Assembly: GCA_040375445.1 (NCBI GenBank)
Contig: JBEISK010000001.1
Location: 49,144-113,143, forward strand
Direction of reading: 5' to 3'
DNA from: Gammaproteobacteria bacterium
GTDB taxonomy: Bacteria > Cyanobacteriota > Vampirovibrionia > Vampirovibrionales > JAJTHC01
Length of the DNA: 64,000 bases
Program-made: the position numbers and the translations under genes
In this document: positions 51,468 to 60,610 of the stretch, one piece after another
How positions within the stretch are numbered: the first letter of the stretch is position 1
Layout of the letters: every line of letters begins with the position of its first letter
Notes under the pieces: generated by a model
Told to the model about the DNA's origin: nothing
The model's database searches: none
What the model saw: only the letters and a program-made list of their open reading frames with translations

Positions 51468-52830
51468 ACTACTTAATTCTATTGAAACAATCCCCCTTCT
51501 TTCAGGGCCTACACTTTTATTTGTGCATCAAACAGGCACGCCTCGCTTGTCGATTAACATCTACACCAGAGGAGGCAATTGCATCGACTATTTCCCCGGT
51601 GAAATGGATGTCATTGATCGCTTGTTGCTTAAAGGCACGTATGCCGAAACCGCCGAAGAAATTGCCGTAAAGCTCGATGATTTGTGCTTGGATTTAGATA
51701 CGGATACCGCTCGTGATTACAGCATTTTGTCCGCTTCTATGCAAGCCGAAGACTTGGAAAAGAACTTGGCGTTTATCAAGGACTTACTTTTTTATTCTAC
51801 GCTTGAAGGGCTTCAAAAAGAAAAAGAGAAGCTCAAAGGTGAACTTCAAATGAGCTTAGATTCCCCCACAGCGGTTGCCAAAGACTTACTAAGCCGTAAA
51901 TTATGGAACGGTTTGCCTTACGGCACTTCGGCCAGCACCATGCTTTCAAGTTTGGGTAAATTGTGGCGGAATGACAACGTTTTCCTACACTATCAACAAG
52001 CTTACCGTCCGAATCGTATGGTGATTTCAGTCGCGGGCGATGTGGATCGTGAGCGTTTGATTACCGCTTTAGACGCCGCCTTTAGCTTGCCTCGTGCCAA
52101 AGGCACCGATGGCGAAATGGAAATGGGACGCCTCTTTAAAGAGCATCGCCTCAAGGAATCTCGTATTTTTACGACGCCTTGGGAAGAAGCGGCTCAAGCC
52201 CAGATTTTACAATCTTGGTTGATGCCACCCGCAACATCTAAAGACTATGTGCCTTTAGCCGTGTTGGACAACATCTTAGGTTCAGCGGGCCTGAGCAGTC
52301 GCCTATTCTTAGAACTGCGTGACAAGCAAGGGCTTGCCTATAGTGTGCGTTCCAGCCTAAGTTTATTAAAGCATCGTGGGACGTTTACCTTGTACATCGG
52401 CACAGATCCGTCTAACGTGCAGAAGTGCTTAGAAGGCTTTGCCGATGAAGTCAGAAAATTGCAAGATGTGCTTGTGGGTGAAGAAGAACTCGAAAATGCC
52501 AAGCGTAATTTGATTGGCAAACGCAGTGTCTTCTTAGAAACCGTCGGGCAAATTTCTAGCTATGTGGGTTCTGCCTATTTGGCAGGGCATGATTTAAAAT
52601 CGCTCGCTACCCTAGATGAAAAAATCAATGCGGTTACCGCTGAACAGATTCAAAAAGTGGCTCAAAAATACTTGAGCAAAGAATCGGTGACGGTGGTCGT
52701 AGCGCCTTCCGAGTACTTGCCAAAATCGCCTTTCTTCAAGCATAGCAAGCAAGACGATGCCAAAGAAGCAGAAGCCAAATCGTCTACCAAAAAAGATGAT
52801 AAGACCGAAACGGCTCCTGTTGCGGTATGA
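51460..52830 (+). CDS. M16-family peptidase-like protein (partner subunit lacking the HxxEH motif)
   Basis: Overall M16 architecture without a zinc motif. Overlaps the upstream gene by 8 nt. Confidence 0.75.
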   Translation: MTKLLNSIETIPLLSGPTLLFVHQTGTPRLSINIYTRGGNCIDYFPGEMDVIDRLLLKGTYAETAEEIAVKLDDLCLDLDTDTARDYSILSASMQAEDLEKNLAFIKDLLFYSTLEGLQKEKEKLKGELQMSLDSPTAVAKDLLSRKLWNGLPYGTSASTMLSSLGKLWRNDNVFLHYQQAYRPNRMVISVAGDVDRERLITALDAAFSLPRAKGTDGEMEMGRLFKEHRLKESRIFTTPWEEAAQAQILQSWLMPPATSKDYVPLAVLDNILGSAGLSSRLFLELRDKQGLAYSVRSSLSLLKHRGTFTLYIGTDPSNVQKCLEGFADEVRKLQDVLVGEEELENAKRNLIGKRSVFLETVGQISSYVGSAYLAGHDLKSLATLDEKINAVTAEQIQKVAQKYLSKESVTVVVAPSEYLPKSPFFKHSKQDDAKEAEAKSSTKKDDKTETAPVAV

Positions 52831-53309
52831 TGCACATCCACAAAGCAAACTTCTTCGATGCTCAAGACGCTCAATGGATCCCTCTGCTTATCGATGAGCA
52901 TGCAAGCGATCACATGGGAGGAGGCGTTGCGTTGGAGCCTCACGTCTTAGAATGGATTATCAATGGGTTGAAAGCCTGTCCTTCGGCTCATGCCTTTATC
53001 GCCACCTTAGAAGATGGCACGCCTGCTGGATTGTTAATTGCTTACCAAGTGTTTAGCACCTTTAAAGCATCACCTGTCGTTAATATTCATGATGTGATTG
53101 TGGCTAGTAAAGCCCGAGGCAGAGGCGTCGGTAAATCTTTATTAGCCGTTGTAGAAGACTATGCCCGTTCAATTAAAGCCTGTAAGCTAACCCTAGAAGT
53201 CCGTCAAGACAACGAACCTGCTTTAGGTTTATATAAAAAAGTGGGATTCTTAGACTATCAACTCGGCGAGCAAGATGTACCCATGCTTTTTTGGGAAAAA
53301 CCCCTTTAA
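52827..53309 (+). CDS. GNAT-family N-acetyltransferase
   Basis: RGRGVGKSLL...LEVRQDNEPALGLYKKVGF acetyl-CoA-binding motif. ATGA overlap with the upstream stop. Confidence 0.8.
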   Translation: MMHIHKANFFDAQDAQWIPLLIDEHASDHMGGGVALEPHVLEWIINGLKACPSAHAFIATLEDGTPAGLLIAYQVFSTFKASPVVNIHDVIVASKARGRGVGKSLLAVVEDYARSIKACKLTLEVRQDNEPALGLYKKVGFLDYQLGEQDVPMLFWEKPL

Positions 53310-53329
53310 TACTTTGATGAAATGGAGGC

Positions 53330-53878
53330 GTGAACATGAAGTCCTTATTTAGAAAAATAACCGTCGCCTTACTGGTGGTCGTCTCGTTATGTTCTTCCAC
53401 CTTGTTTATCGAAGGAGCGGATGCCGCCGCCAAAGCCAAGAAAAAAGGCACAGCGAAATCCTTGCCGAAAGAATGGGCACCCTATCAGCCCAAACTTACG
53501 TTACTCTTACAAAAAAGCCAAAATAAAAGCTTTTTCACCCCTCAAGACGGCGACACGTTAGATGAACTCCGCCAAGTCAGCGACGACTTTCAAGAACGTT
53601 ACGCTAAAGTCAAGGATGTCGCCCCAATTTTGTATCAACTCGGTTTGTTGTTTACCTATCGTGAAATGTGGTTTGAAGCCTTTGATGCCTTTTCAACGAT
53701 TAACGAACGTTTTCCACAAAGTCCTTATACGCCAAAAAGTAAATTTCAACTGCTTAAAATGAAAAAACGCTTGGGTGAAGATTATGCCGTATTAGAAGAA
53801 AGTCGGCACCCTGCGGAAGGGGATGCGTCCAGCTTAACGGGTGGTAGTAAAGTAGTGGCTCCTTTGAAAAAGCCTTAA
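53330..53878 (+). CDS. hypothetical secreted protein (signal peptide; one TPR-like segment)
   Basis: MKSLFRKITVALLVVVSLCSS signal sequence. Lys-rich after cleavage. Confidence 0.5.
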   Translation: MNMKSLFRKITVALLVVVSLCSSTLFIEGADAAAKAKKKGTAKSLPKEWAPYQPKLTLLLQKSQNKSFFTPQDGDTLDELRQVSDDFQERYAKVKDVAPILYQLGLLFTYREMWFEAFDAFSTINERFPQSPYTPKSKFQLLKMKKRLGEDYAVLEESRHPAEGDASSLTGGSKVVAPLKKP

Positions 53879-54023
53879 GAAGGCACAGAGAAAGTCCCAT
53901 TCGGCGAATCTTCTTTGTTAAAACAAGCCGTTTTTTTCGTTGTGTACGTCTATGTACACGCCTCAAAAGCCGTTTGTTTTTCCTTGAATCTTCATCCGAC
54001 TTGAACTTTCTCTGTGCCTTCTT
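53877..54023. repeat. MITE/REP-like element with perfect 19-bp terminal inverted repeats, related to the dispersed repeat family
   Basis: AAGAAGGCACAGAGAAAGT (53877-53895) and ACTTTCTCTGTGCCTTCTT (54005-54023) flank 109 bp that contain the GTGTACGTCTATGTACAC palindrome shared with 20350-20460. Both convergent flanking stop codons fall inside the arms. Confidence 0.7.
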
Positions 54024-56619
54024 ACAGCGACCACGTTTTCCAGCGCATCTGAGCATCCAAACGATCTAGCTCCCCATTAAGCCATTGCTTTAAAGCAGGC
54101 ACACTCGAAAAACGAAGATTCACCAAGCGTTGGGTTTCACTCAGTAAAGGCACCCAATTTTGTTGCACAAACACAGGCGGAAAACCTTCTAGCTTGCGTA
54201 CTTCTACATAGGTTGAAAACTCATCCCAAAACTGAAGCACTTGAGCTTCTTCCGCATTTGGGGAAGAAAATGTTTGCCGTAACAAGCTAGCGTACAAGCC
54301 CAATGCCTTACCTGTGGACGTAAGATACTTGCCTCCATAAGGCAGTTGTTGCGTCGTTAGGGGAAGTATATTTAGGGTGTTTGCATCTAAATGTGCGTTA
54401 GCAAACCATGTCCAGCCTGACACCCCATTTTTATGGAGCTGTTCACTACGCTCAATACGTTGAGCCCCTTCGAGCTTATGTAAGCCAACCCCACTCACCA
54501 AAAGCGTTCGGGTTGGTTTTAAACTTTGTTTCATTCGGGTAATTTGTTGGTTAAACGCCACCGTGTTTTCGGTGTACGCCATAGGAATTAGCCAATCAAT
54601 CCAGCCTCGTTTACTCCATGTCTCCCAATCTTGCTGAATTGCCTTGAGCCGGTCTTGCATCGGCAAAGGAAAAACAGCGGCAGATAAAATTAAATCAGAC
54701 TTTTTCGCCTTGAGTGTTTTGTTGACTTTCGACACAAAACGACTGATATTTTCAATCTTCCAACGATCAAAGGCCTCTTGATTTTCAGGCGTAGGACGCA
54801 AGCCCATTGCTTGATAAAAATTATAGAGACTCACCGAATTATAACCTGCACGCTGCGTCGTGGATTGAAAAGGATAACGAATGTAATCCAACTGCAAACC
54901 ATCGACCGCATAACGGTCGACAATTTCAGCATACCAGTCCACCAAAAACTGTTGAGCATCATAACTAGCAGGATCCAACCAATACTCATGTTGACCCTTT
55001 GGCACTTCTGAACCATCATTCATTAAAAGCTGTTGATTTTCAAACCTTACCGTGTTTAATAAAGGGCCTCTATCATCACTAGGCAAACCTAAAATACGGT
55101 TATGCCTTGTGTTTCCTACCGCAAAACACCAAACCCACGCATGCACTCTTAAGCCTAGTGCATGCCCCTCATTAACCGCTGTTAGAAGAGGATCCCAGTC
55201 TTTAATTAAAGGGTTTTGAACAGGTTGCATAATACTATTAGAGTAGACAGGAAACCCTGCGTTAATGGTTTCCACAAAAATATCCGTCATTCCCGCACGA
55301 GCCAATTGGGACAAACGAATTTTAAGATTTTCTGCATTTCCTAAACTCACGATACTACCCCTATCAAACCAAACACCATGGATTTGATTGGGCATATTTG
55401 GAAAAAGCAGTTTTTGCTTCATAAACATCAATTCTATAATCAGTGCCTTACTTTTTTGACGATATTCTTTATAATCACGCGTTTTACGTAAGGGTTTTAA
55501 GGCATCCATATGAGATTGGATTTGATTCATTTGCTCGGCATATTGAATTTTGTCCACATTTTTGCCTAAAAACTCAAAAGCTTGCATACGTTGCCACACA
55601 TCTGTTTCAAGAGAATTGTATTCTTGTTCGTAGTTACTGGCTTCTTCTTCAAAAGGCGCATAACATTCTTGAATACTTTTCACAACCATCATAGACTTCC
55701 ACTGATTAGCTAAGTCATAGAGACGTTTTAGCACATCATAACTGGGTTTTAATTTCGTAGATGCCTTTACTGAACTTGTCGCTAAAGTCGTATTGGTAGG
55801 TATCACTTTTCTAGGCAGATTAGATGAAGTGGACTTAATCGGATATTTTGATGCTTCTTTTTTAGGCGCATTTTTTGAAATGGGTTTAGGTGGAATAGGT
55901 GAAACAAAACCAAGATGAGGAAGTCCTGAACCACAATAAATAAACGGACTAGGCAACGTATAAAGATCACAACCTGAACCAAGCCGTTTAACTGGGAAAG
56001 GATTCGCAACGGTTAGACTGCCCGCCAGTGCTGTGTCTAACACACTGAGTTGTGAGGTACCTAAGCGATCTTCCATAAAGCTACGGTAGCGTGCCCATAA
56101 CAGTTTAAACTCATCTTCCCACTGTTTCTTGGTATCTATGGTGGCAAAAGGGTGAGCGACCAACACCACAGGCCACGGACGACGGATCAAGGTATCCACA
56201 AAAATCATGGCACTTTCATCAGGACTATTTTTACCATAAAGTAGGACTAAAGGCGGTTTAGCAATTCCCCCTTCTTGTACATCATTTAAAATATAGTCGA
56301 ATTGTGACGCACTTTTTGGAAAAAAATAAGTACCTTGCCCAACAACACTTTGTGTTAAAGCATAATCCAGCGTTTTTTGGGGATGCAACGGGACTTCTTC
56401 GATATAAGTCGTTGAACTCGTTGCTTGACTTAAATCAAATAAAACAAAGCTATTGGGGACTAAAGCCAACGCCTTGTGTGGAAGAAAGCACGCCAGCAAA
56501 AGAAGCAAGCCTATTGGTAAGAGGCATTTTAGTTTAGTAAGAAAGGAGATTTTAAAGATCACAATATGAAACGCTCTCTCCAAAGGTGACTTTAGTAGTG
56601 TATCAAAAATACAGTCCAT
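54022..56619 (-). CDS. GHL10-family (DUF4015, glycoside-hydrolase-like TIM barrel) protein with N-terminal signal anchor and a large N-terminal extension
   Basis: The central region (...WFDRGSIVSLGN...AGMTDIFVETINAGFPVYSNS...VHAWVWCFAVGN...) resembles the GHL10/YngK hydrolase-like family. 865 aa. Confidence 0.55.
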   Translation of the reverse strand: MDCIFDTLLKSPLERAFHIVIFKISFLTKLKCLLPIGLLLLLACFLPHKALALVPNSFVLFDLSQATSSTTYIEEVPLHPQKTLDYALTQSVVGQGTYFFPKSASQFDYILNDVQEGGIAKPPLVLLYGKNSPDESAMIFVDTLIRRPWPVVLVAHPFATIDTKKQWEDEFKLLWARYRSFMEDRLGTSQLSVLDTALAGSLTVANPFPVKRLGSGCDLYTLPSPFIYCGSGLPHLGFVSPIPPKPISKNAPKKEASKYPIKSTSSNLPRKVIPTNTTLATSSVKASTKLKPSYDVLKRLYDLANQWKSMMVVKSIQECYAPFEEEASNYEQEYNSLETDVWQRMQAFEFLGKNVDKIQYAEQMNQIQSHMDALKPLRKTRDYKEYRQKSKALIIELMFMKQKLLFPNMPNQIHGVWFDRGSIVSLGNAENLKIRLSQLARAGMTDIFVETINAGFPVYSNSIMQPVQNPLIKDWDPLLTAVNEGHALGLRVHAWVWCFAVGNTRHNRILGLPSDDRGPLLNTVRFENQQLLMNDGSEVPKGQHEYWLDPASYDAQQFLVDWYAEIVDRYAVDGLQLDYIRYPFQSTTQRAGYNSVSLYNFYQAMGLRPTPENQEAFDRWKIENISRFVSKVNKTLKAKKSDLILSAAVFPLPMQDRLKAIQQDWETWSKRGWIDWLIPMAYTENTVAFNQQITRMKQSLKPTRTLLVSGVGLHKLEGAQRIERSEQLHKNGVSGWTWFANAHLDANTLNILPLTTQQLPYGGKYLTSTGKALGLYASLLRQTFSSPNAEEAQVLQFWDEFSTYVEVRKLEGFPPVFVQQNWVPLLSETQRLVNLRFSSVPALKQWLNGELDRLDAQMRWKTWSL

Positions 56620-56779
56620 TGTGTTGATAATCGTCTATTTAACTAAGTCTATAAAAAGAAAATCCCTAGATGCACATACAACTAGGGTGGGGTAAAAAGG
56701 TCAACGTTTGTATACAGATATTTAAAATCATCACGCTTGAATTACTGTATCTCAAGCCGAATGATTGATCTGTATACGC

Positions 56780-57190
56780 TTATGATAATTTATTTATATG
56801 ACGTTTGTTAGGCGGTCCGAGTTTGGCAAGCAAATGCTTAACCGCATCATTCATTTGACAGCCTTGTGTGGATTCTGAAAAAAAGTTTTGATAATAACAT
56901 CCTGAACAATCCGCATTACGAACAAAACAAGAAACGGCTGAAGGAGACCACTGACGATAGGGACCTACACTATCTTCATCACTTTCAGCAACAATGTTGG
57001 CATCAATAATGTGGTCATGCCACTTGATTAAATTTTCAAGATTCAAATGAGGGTACTGCACCTTTAAAGCTCGAATAGATTGAGCGGTAACCGAAGCTGA
57101 AACGGCAACTAAGGCAGGGTGAGGCTTTAGTTCTTCAGTGGACTGTAACTGGACACGAGGTTCTTCTAGTGCGAGGGTTGCAGAGGCCAT
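56780..57190 (-). CDS. hypothetical Cys-rich protein
   Basis: 136 aa with CFVRNADCSGCYY...GCQ cysteine cluster. Lower GC than the window average. Confidence 0.4.
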   Translation of the reverse strand: MASATLALEEPRVQLQSTEELKPHPALVAVSASVTAQSIRALKVQYPHLNLENLIKWHDHIIDANIVAESDEDSVGPYRQWSPSAVSCFVRNADCSGCYYQNFFSESTQGCQMNDAVKHLLAKLGPPNKRHINKLS

Positions 57191-57460
57191 TGTGTAATTT
57201 CCCTTAAAAGCAAAACGATGATATAATAACAGTAATGTTCAAAGAACATCTAAGATAAACAGTTTCAAATAATTGAATGCAGAGCTGGAAAAATTCCAAA
57301 AATTAAAATGCTTTTAGAAAAGCAATGTCACATACAGAAAAATTAACACGTGTGAAATGTTGTTTTCTTAATGTAATGTTAACATACTACAACTTTTCTC
57401 TTCGTTTGTAAAGTACCTTTCCAAAACATTGACCTTTAAGCTAATATACAGGGCAAATCC

Positions 57461-58222
57461 TTGCCCAATGGGCATTTAAAAAAAAGCGAAGACTCATCCC
57501 TTATGTATACTAATTTATGTAATGATTTTGTTAAACAACCTGAAATAAAAACCGTTGTATGGATCTTGCCTTGTTTAGCGTTTGATATCGTGTATCAACT
57601 TCAAAAAAAGATTCTAAGTGATAAAATAGCCAACCCCACTTTTCCTGATGTTTTATTAATTACGTCTCATCCAGCATGTTACAGCTTAGGGCGTGCATCT
57701 TCTGAATTTGAAAAAAATGCCAGCTATCCTTTTCCTAGCTTTGAAATTGAACGTGGGGGCCATTTAACATTTCATCATCCACAACAAGTTATTTTATACC
57801 CACTTTTTAAACTAAAATCACCTAATGTTCATGCTCATTTAAGGCGTGTACTAATTTGGGGACAAACAGCCTTAGCTAATTTAGGAATCTTTAGCGATAT
57901 AGACGGACAGGGTTCTGGCTTATGGCTGGATGAATCCAAAAAGATCGCTTCTGTAGGTATTGCGATTAAGCGTTGGGTGAGCTACCACGGGCTTGCTATC
58001 AATGTCTCTGTGGATGAATCTATGTGGCATGACTTACCTGAAGGAATTCATCCTTGTGCATTAGCAAAAGCGATACCCACGAACTTATGTGATATTAATG
58101 AAACACTGACTCGTTCTCAAGTTGTAGAAGCTTTAATTGAAGTTTTTAAAAAAGATGAAAGCTTAGGTTTGATTCAATTTAAAGATATAAAAGAATTTAA
58201 CGATAATTATAAAAAAGAATAA
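57461..58222 (+). CDS. lipB: octanoyltransferase (lipoyl(octanoyl) transferase)
   Basis: ERGGHLTFHHPQQVILYPLFKL and KIASVGIAIKRWVSYHGLAINVS match the LipB core including the catalytic Cys/Lys region. The true start is probably an internal Met (MYTNL...). The gene is AT-rich. Confidence 0.85.
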   Translation: MPNGHLKKSEDSSLMYTNLCNDFVKQPEIKTVVWILPCLAFDIVYQLQKKILSDKIANPTFPDVLLITSHPACYSLGRASSEFEKNASYPFPSFEIERGGHLTFHHPQQVILYPLFKLKSPNVHAHLRRVLIWGQTALANLGIFSDIDGQGSGLWLDESKKIASVGIAIKRWVSYHGLAINVSVDESMWHDLPEGIHPCALAKAIPTNLCDINETLTRSQVVEALIEVFKKDESLGLIQFKDIKEFNDNYKKE

Positions 58223-58522
58223 GAATACTGTTAAACTAGAGGGATTTAAAAAATTTCTATTATTAAATTAAATATAAATCATCATCATAGTAGTGTTTAA
58301 TAAATCTTGTTTAAAAGTCTTGTATTCCATCTATAGAGCAAATTAGCCTTTGTTTTAAACTTGTTAAAATAAGCTTTTTTAATCTGTTAAATAATTGTTT
58401 AAATCGTTAAGAAAAGTTTAAGTCTGTTAAGTAGTTTATGTATTCAACAAGGTTTTAAAAAGTTTGTGATAGATTTTGGAGCAGTGTTTTAGACAATGGT
58501 GTGTTTAAAAATTCAAAGCTAT

Positions 58523-60610
58523 TTAGCGACTACTATAAAAACCAGGTTTTGGAGCAGCTGGAAGTGTATAAGATGTTCTTTGAAAATCTGCTGGCGGAGG
58601 CGGAGGGCTTTTTGACTCTATCGCTTTATAGCTTGAAATAGCTTTTTTTTGCTCCATAGTGTTCGAGGATATATTGGGTTTTGATACGTTTGCATTGAAG
58701 TGTTGCCCGTTGTCTACTATACGAGGTGTTAGCATAATAATGAGTTCTTTGTTTTGATGAGATCCGTCGTAGGTATTGCTTAGTCCTCTAAGAAAAGGGA
58801 TTTCACCCAACACAGGAATTTTATTATTACGTTGACGGTCATTACTTTGGGTCAACCCTGCAATAACAAAACTTTGCCCTTCTTTAAGAATAACATTTTC
58901 AGTTAACCAAGCTCGTGAAGAAATAAGTTGAATATCTCCTGTGCTAGAGGTTTGAGGGAATGAAAATTGTGGCTGTACCATCATGGAAATATCGCCATTG
59001 GCACCAATTCGGCTCCGAATATGTAAAACAATACCTGCAGATGCCTGTTGAGCAACTCGAGCAACGATATTGTTATTTTGATCACGTACATCGGTAAAGC
59101 CCTGAATCACTTCATCTTCAATTTTAATGGTGGCATCTTCATTGTTAAGTAGTAAAACAGAAGGACGAGAAATCACCTTAAGCTTACTTTCTGAGTGTAT
59201 AAAATTTAGTATGGCACTAAAGTTAGATGTATTTTGAATGGGATTTTTAACAAAACTAGCGATAGAATTCCCATTTAAATTGGCATTAAATCCTAAGGTG
59301 ACTTGCTTCAGCCGTGCTTGAATGGAAGGTGTGATGATTTTATCTAAACTATCAGCAAGCTCAATAACAGCCATTTCAACATAGACTTGTTCACGTTGCC
59401 TGTCGAATTCTTGAATAAATTCGTCGGCTTTCGCCAATTGTTGAACCGTGGCAAAAATGGTAATGGTGTTAAGGCGGGTATCGGGTAAAATAATAGGTCC
59501 GTTACTTGAAACAGTAGCTTGTGCGTTTTGAATAGGTCTTGAACGTAAGGTATGATCGTTTGATGTGCCTTGCCCCTCTTTTAAGCCTTCACTTGTCAGG
59601 GGGATGGGATTTCCTGTGGGCGTACCTATATTCGCACCACCTGCTGCACCACCTGCCGCACCGCCTGCCGCACCGCCTGCCGCACCGCCTGCCGCACCGC
59701 CTGCCGCACCGCCTGCCGCACCGCCTGCCGCACCACCTGCTGCACCACCTGCCGCACCACCTGCCGCACCACCTGCTGCACCACCTGCCGCACCACCTGC
59801 CGCACCGCTAATCATAATGGGGGGCGTAGAACCATTCGAAAAAACGGTAGCGGTTAAGGCGCTAGCGACTTCATCGGCTCTTTGAAAGTTTAATCGCCAT
59901 GTTTTACTGGCACGTTGAACGTCAATTTCACTAACTAAGCGAGCGGCTTCTTGAGCTTCTTGAACATCTGTTCTTAGCATTACCCGATTGGTCATGGGGT
60001 CAGCAAGGGCAATCGCAATATTTTGTGAATTGCCGCTTGCTGATCCAGCACCGGAACTCGTATTTGTACCTTCTGCTGAAGCCGGAAAACTTCCTCCTTG
60101 TGTTTGAGAAGAGCCTCCTGCGGTATTTTGGGCATAGGAAAAAAGGGTTGCATTTAAATAATCCGCCACATAGGTAGCTGGCAAATGTTTAACTTGAATG
60201 AAATGTGTTTCTTGTTGTTTGATTCCATTAGACGTCGTCGATTGTCGAGTGGTGACAAATAACGTACCCTGTTCAACATGGTAGTACAATTTACCCATTT
60301 GCTTTAAAGAAAGTAAAACATCTTCAACCGAAACGCCTTTAAAATCAAGGTTAACGAGTCGTGTTAAGTCATTGCCTAAGACAATGTTAAATTGAGCTTG
60401 TGAAGCAACGGCTTTAAGGGCTTCATCCATAGGAATGTTATGTAAGGTTAAATTAAGGGGTGTTTTAATGTTAGGCAGTTTAAGTTCTTCAGCAAAGGCG
60501 TTTTGAAAGGGGGCTATTAACATCAAAACACTTAAAAAAATTATAAAACTATGCGAAAAACAGGTCTTCTGTTTTAGAGACAAGCAAAGTAAGCTTACAG
60601 ATTTGAGCAT
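58523..60610 (-). CDS. secretin (GspD/PilQ superfamily), paralog B, with (GGAA)12 low-complexity insertion
   Basis: N-terminal signal/TM. N0-like domain (LNLTLHNIPMDEALKAVASQAQFNIVLG...VNLDFKGVSVEDVLLSLKQMGKLYYHVEQGTLFV). C-terminal secretin domain (...VISRPSVLLLNNEDATIKIEDEV...KIPVLGEIPFLRGLS...LIIMLTPRIV). The ATG directly follows the TAA of the upstream secretin. Confidence 0.85.
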   Translation of the reverse strand: MLKSVSLLCLSLKQKTCFSHSFIIFLSVLMLIAPFQNAFAEELKLPNIKTPLNLTLHNIPMDEALKAVASQAQFNIVLGNDLTRLVNLDFKGVSVEDVLLSLKQMGKLYYHVEQGTLFVTTRQSTTSNGIKQQETHFIQVKHLPATYVADYLNATLFSYAQNTAGGSSQTQGGSFPASAEGTNTSSGAGSASGNSQNIAIALADPMTNRVMLRTDVQEAQEAARLVSEIDVQRASKTWRLNFQRADEVASALTATVFSNGSTPPIMISGAAGGAAGGAAGGAAGGAAGGAAGGAAGGAAGGAAGGAAGGAAGGAAGGAAGGAAGGANIGTPTGNPIPLTSEGLKEGQGTSNDHTLRSRPIQNAQATVSSNGPIILPDTRLNTITIFATVQQLAKADEFIQEFDRQREQVYVEMAVIELADSLDKIITPSIQARLKQVTLGFNANLNGNSIASFVKNPIQNTSNFSAILNFIHSESKLKVISRPSVLLLNNEDATIKIEDEVIQGFTDVRDQNNNIVARVAQQASAGIVLHIRSRIGANGDISMMVQPQFSFPQTSSTGDIQLISSRAWLTENVILKEGQSFVIAGLTQSNDRQRNNKIPVLGEIPFLRGLSNTYDGSHQNKELIIMLTPRIVDNGQHFNANVSKPNISSNTMEQKKAISSYKAIESKSPPPPPADFQRTSYTLPAAPKPGFYSSR
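59634..59806. repeat. 12-bp tandem DNA repeat (GCCGCACCGCCT and variants, about 14 copies), in-frame, encoding (GGAA)n in secretin B
   Basis: Read directly from the sequence. The unit length is a multiple of 3. GC-rich repeats in an AT-rich gene. Confidence 0.9.

Noticed and set aside
59539-59885. Plus-strand ORFs encoding PHRLPHRL... and PAAPPAAPP... repeats
   Set aside because: These are antisense translations of the 12-bp tandem repeat inside the secretin B gene, not independent genes.
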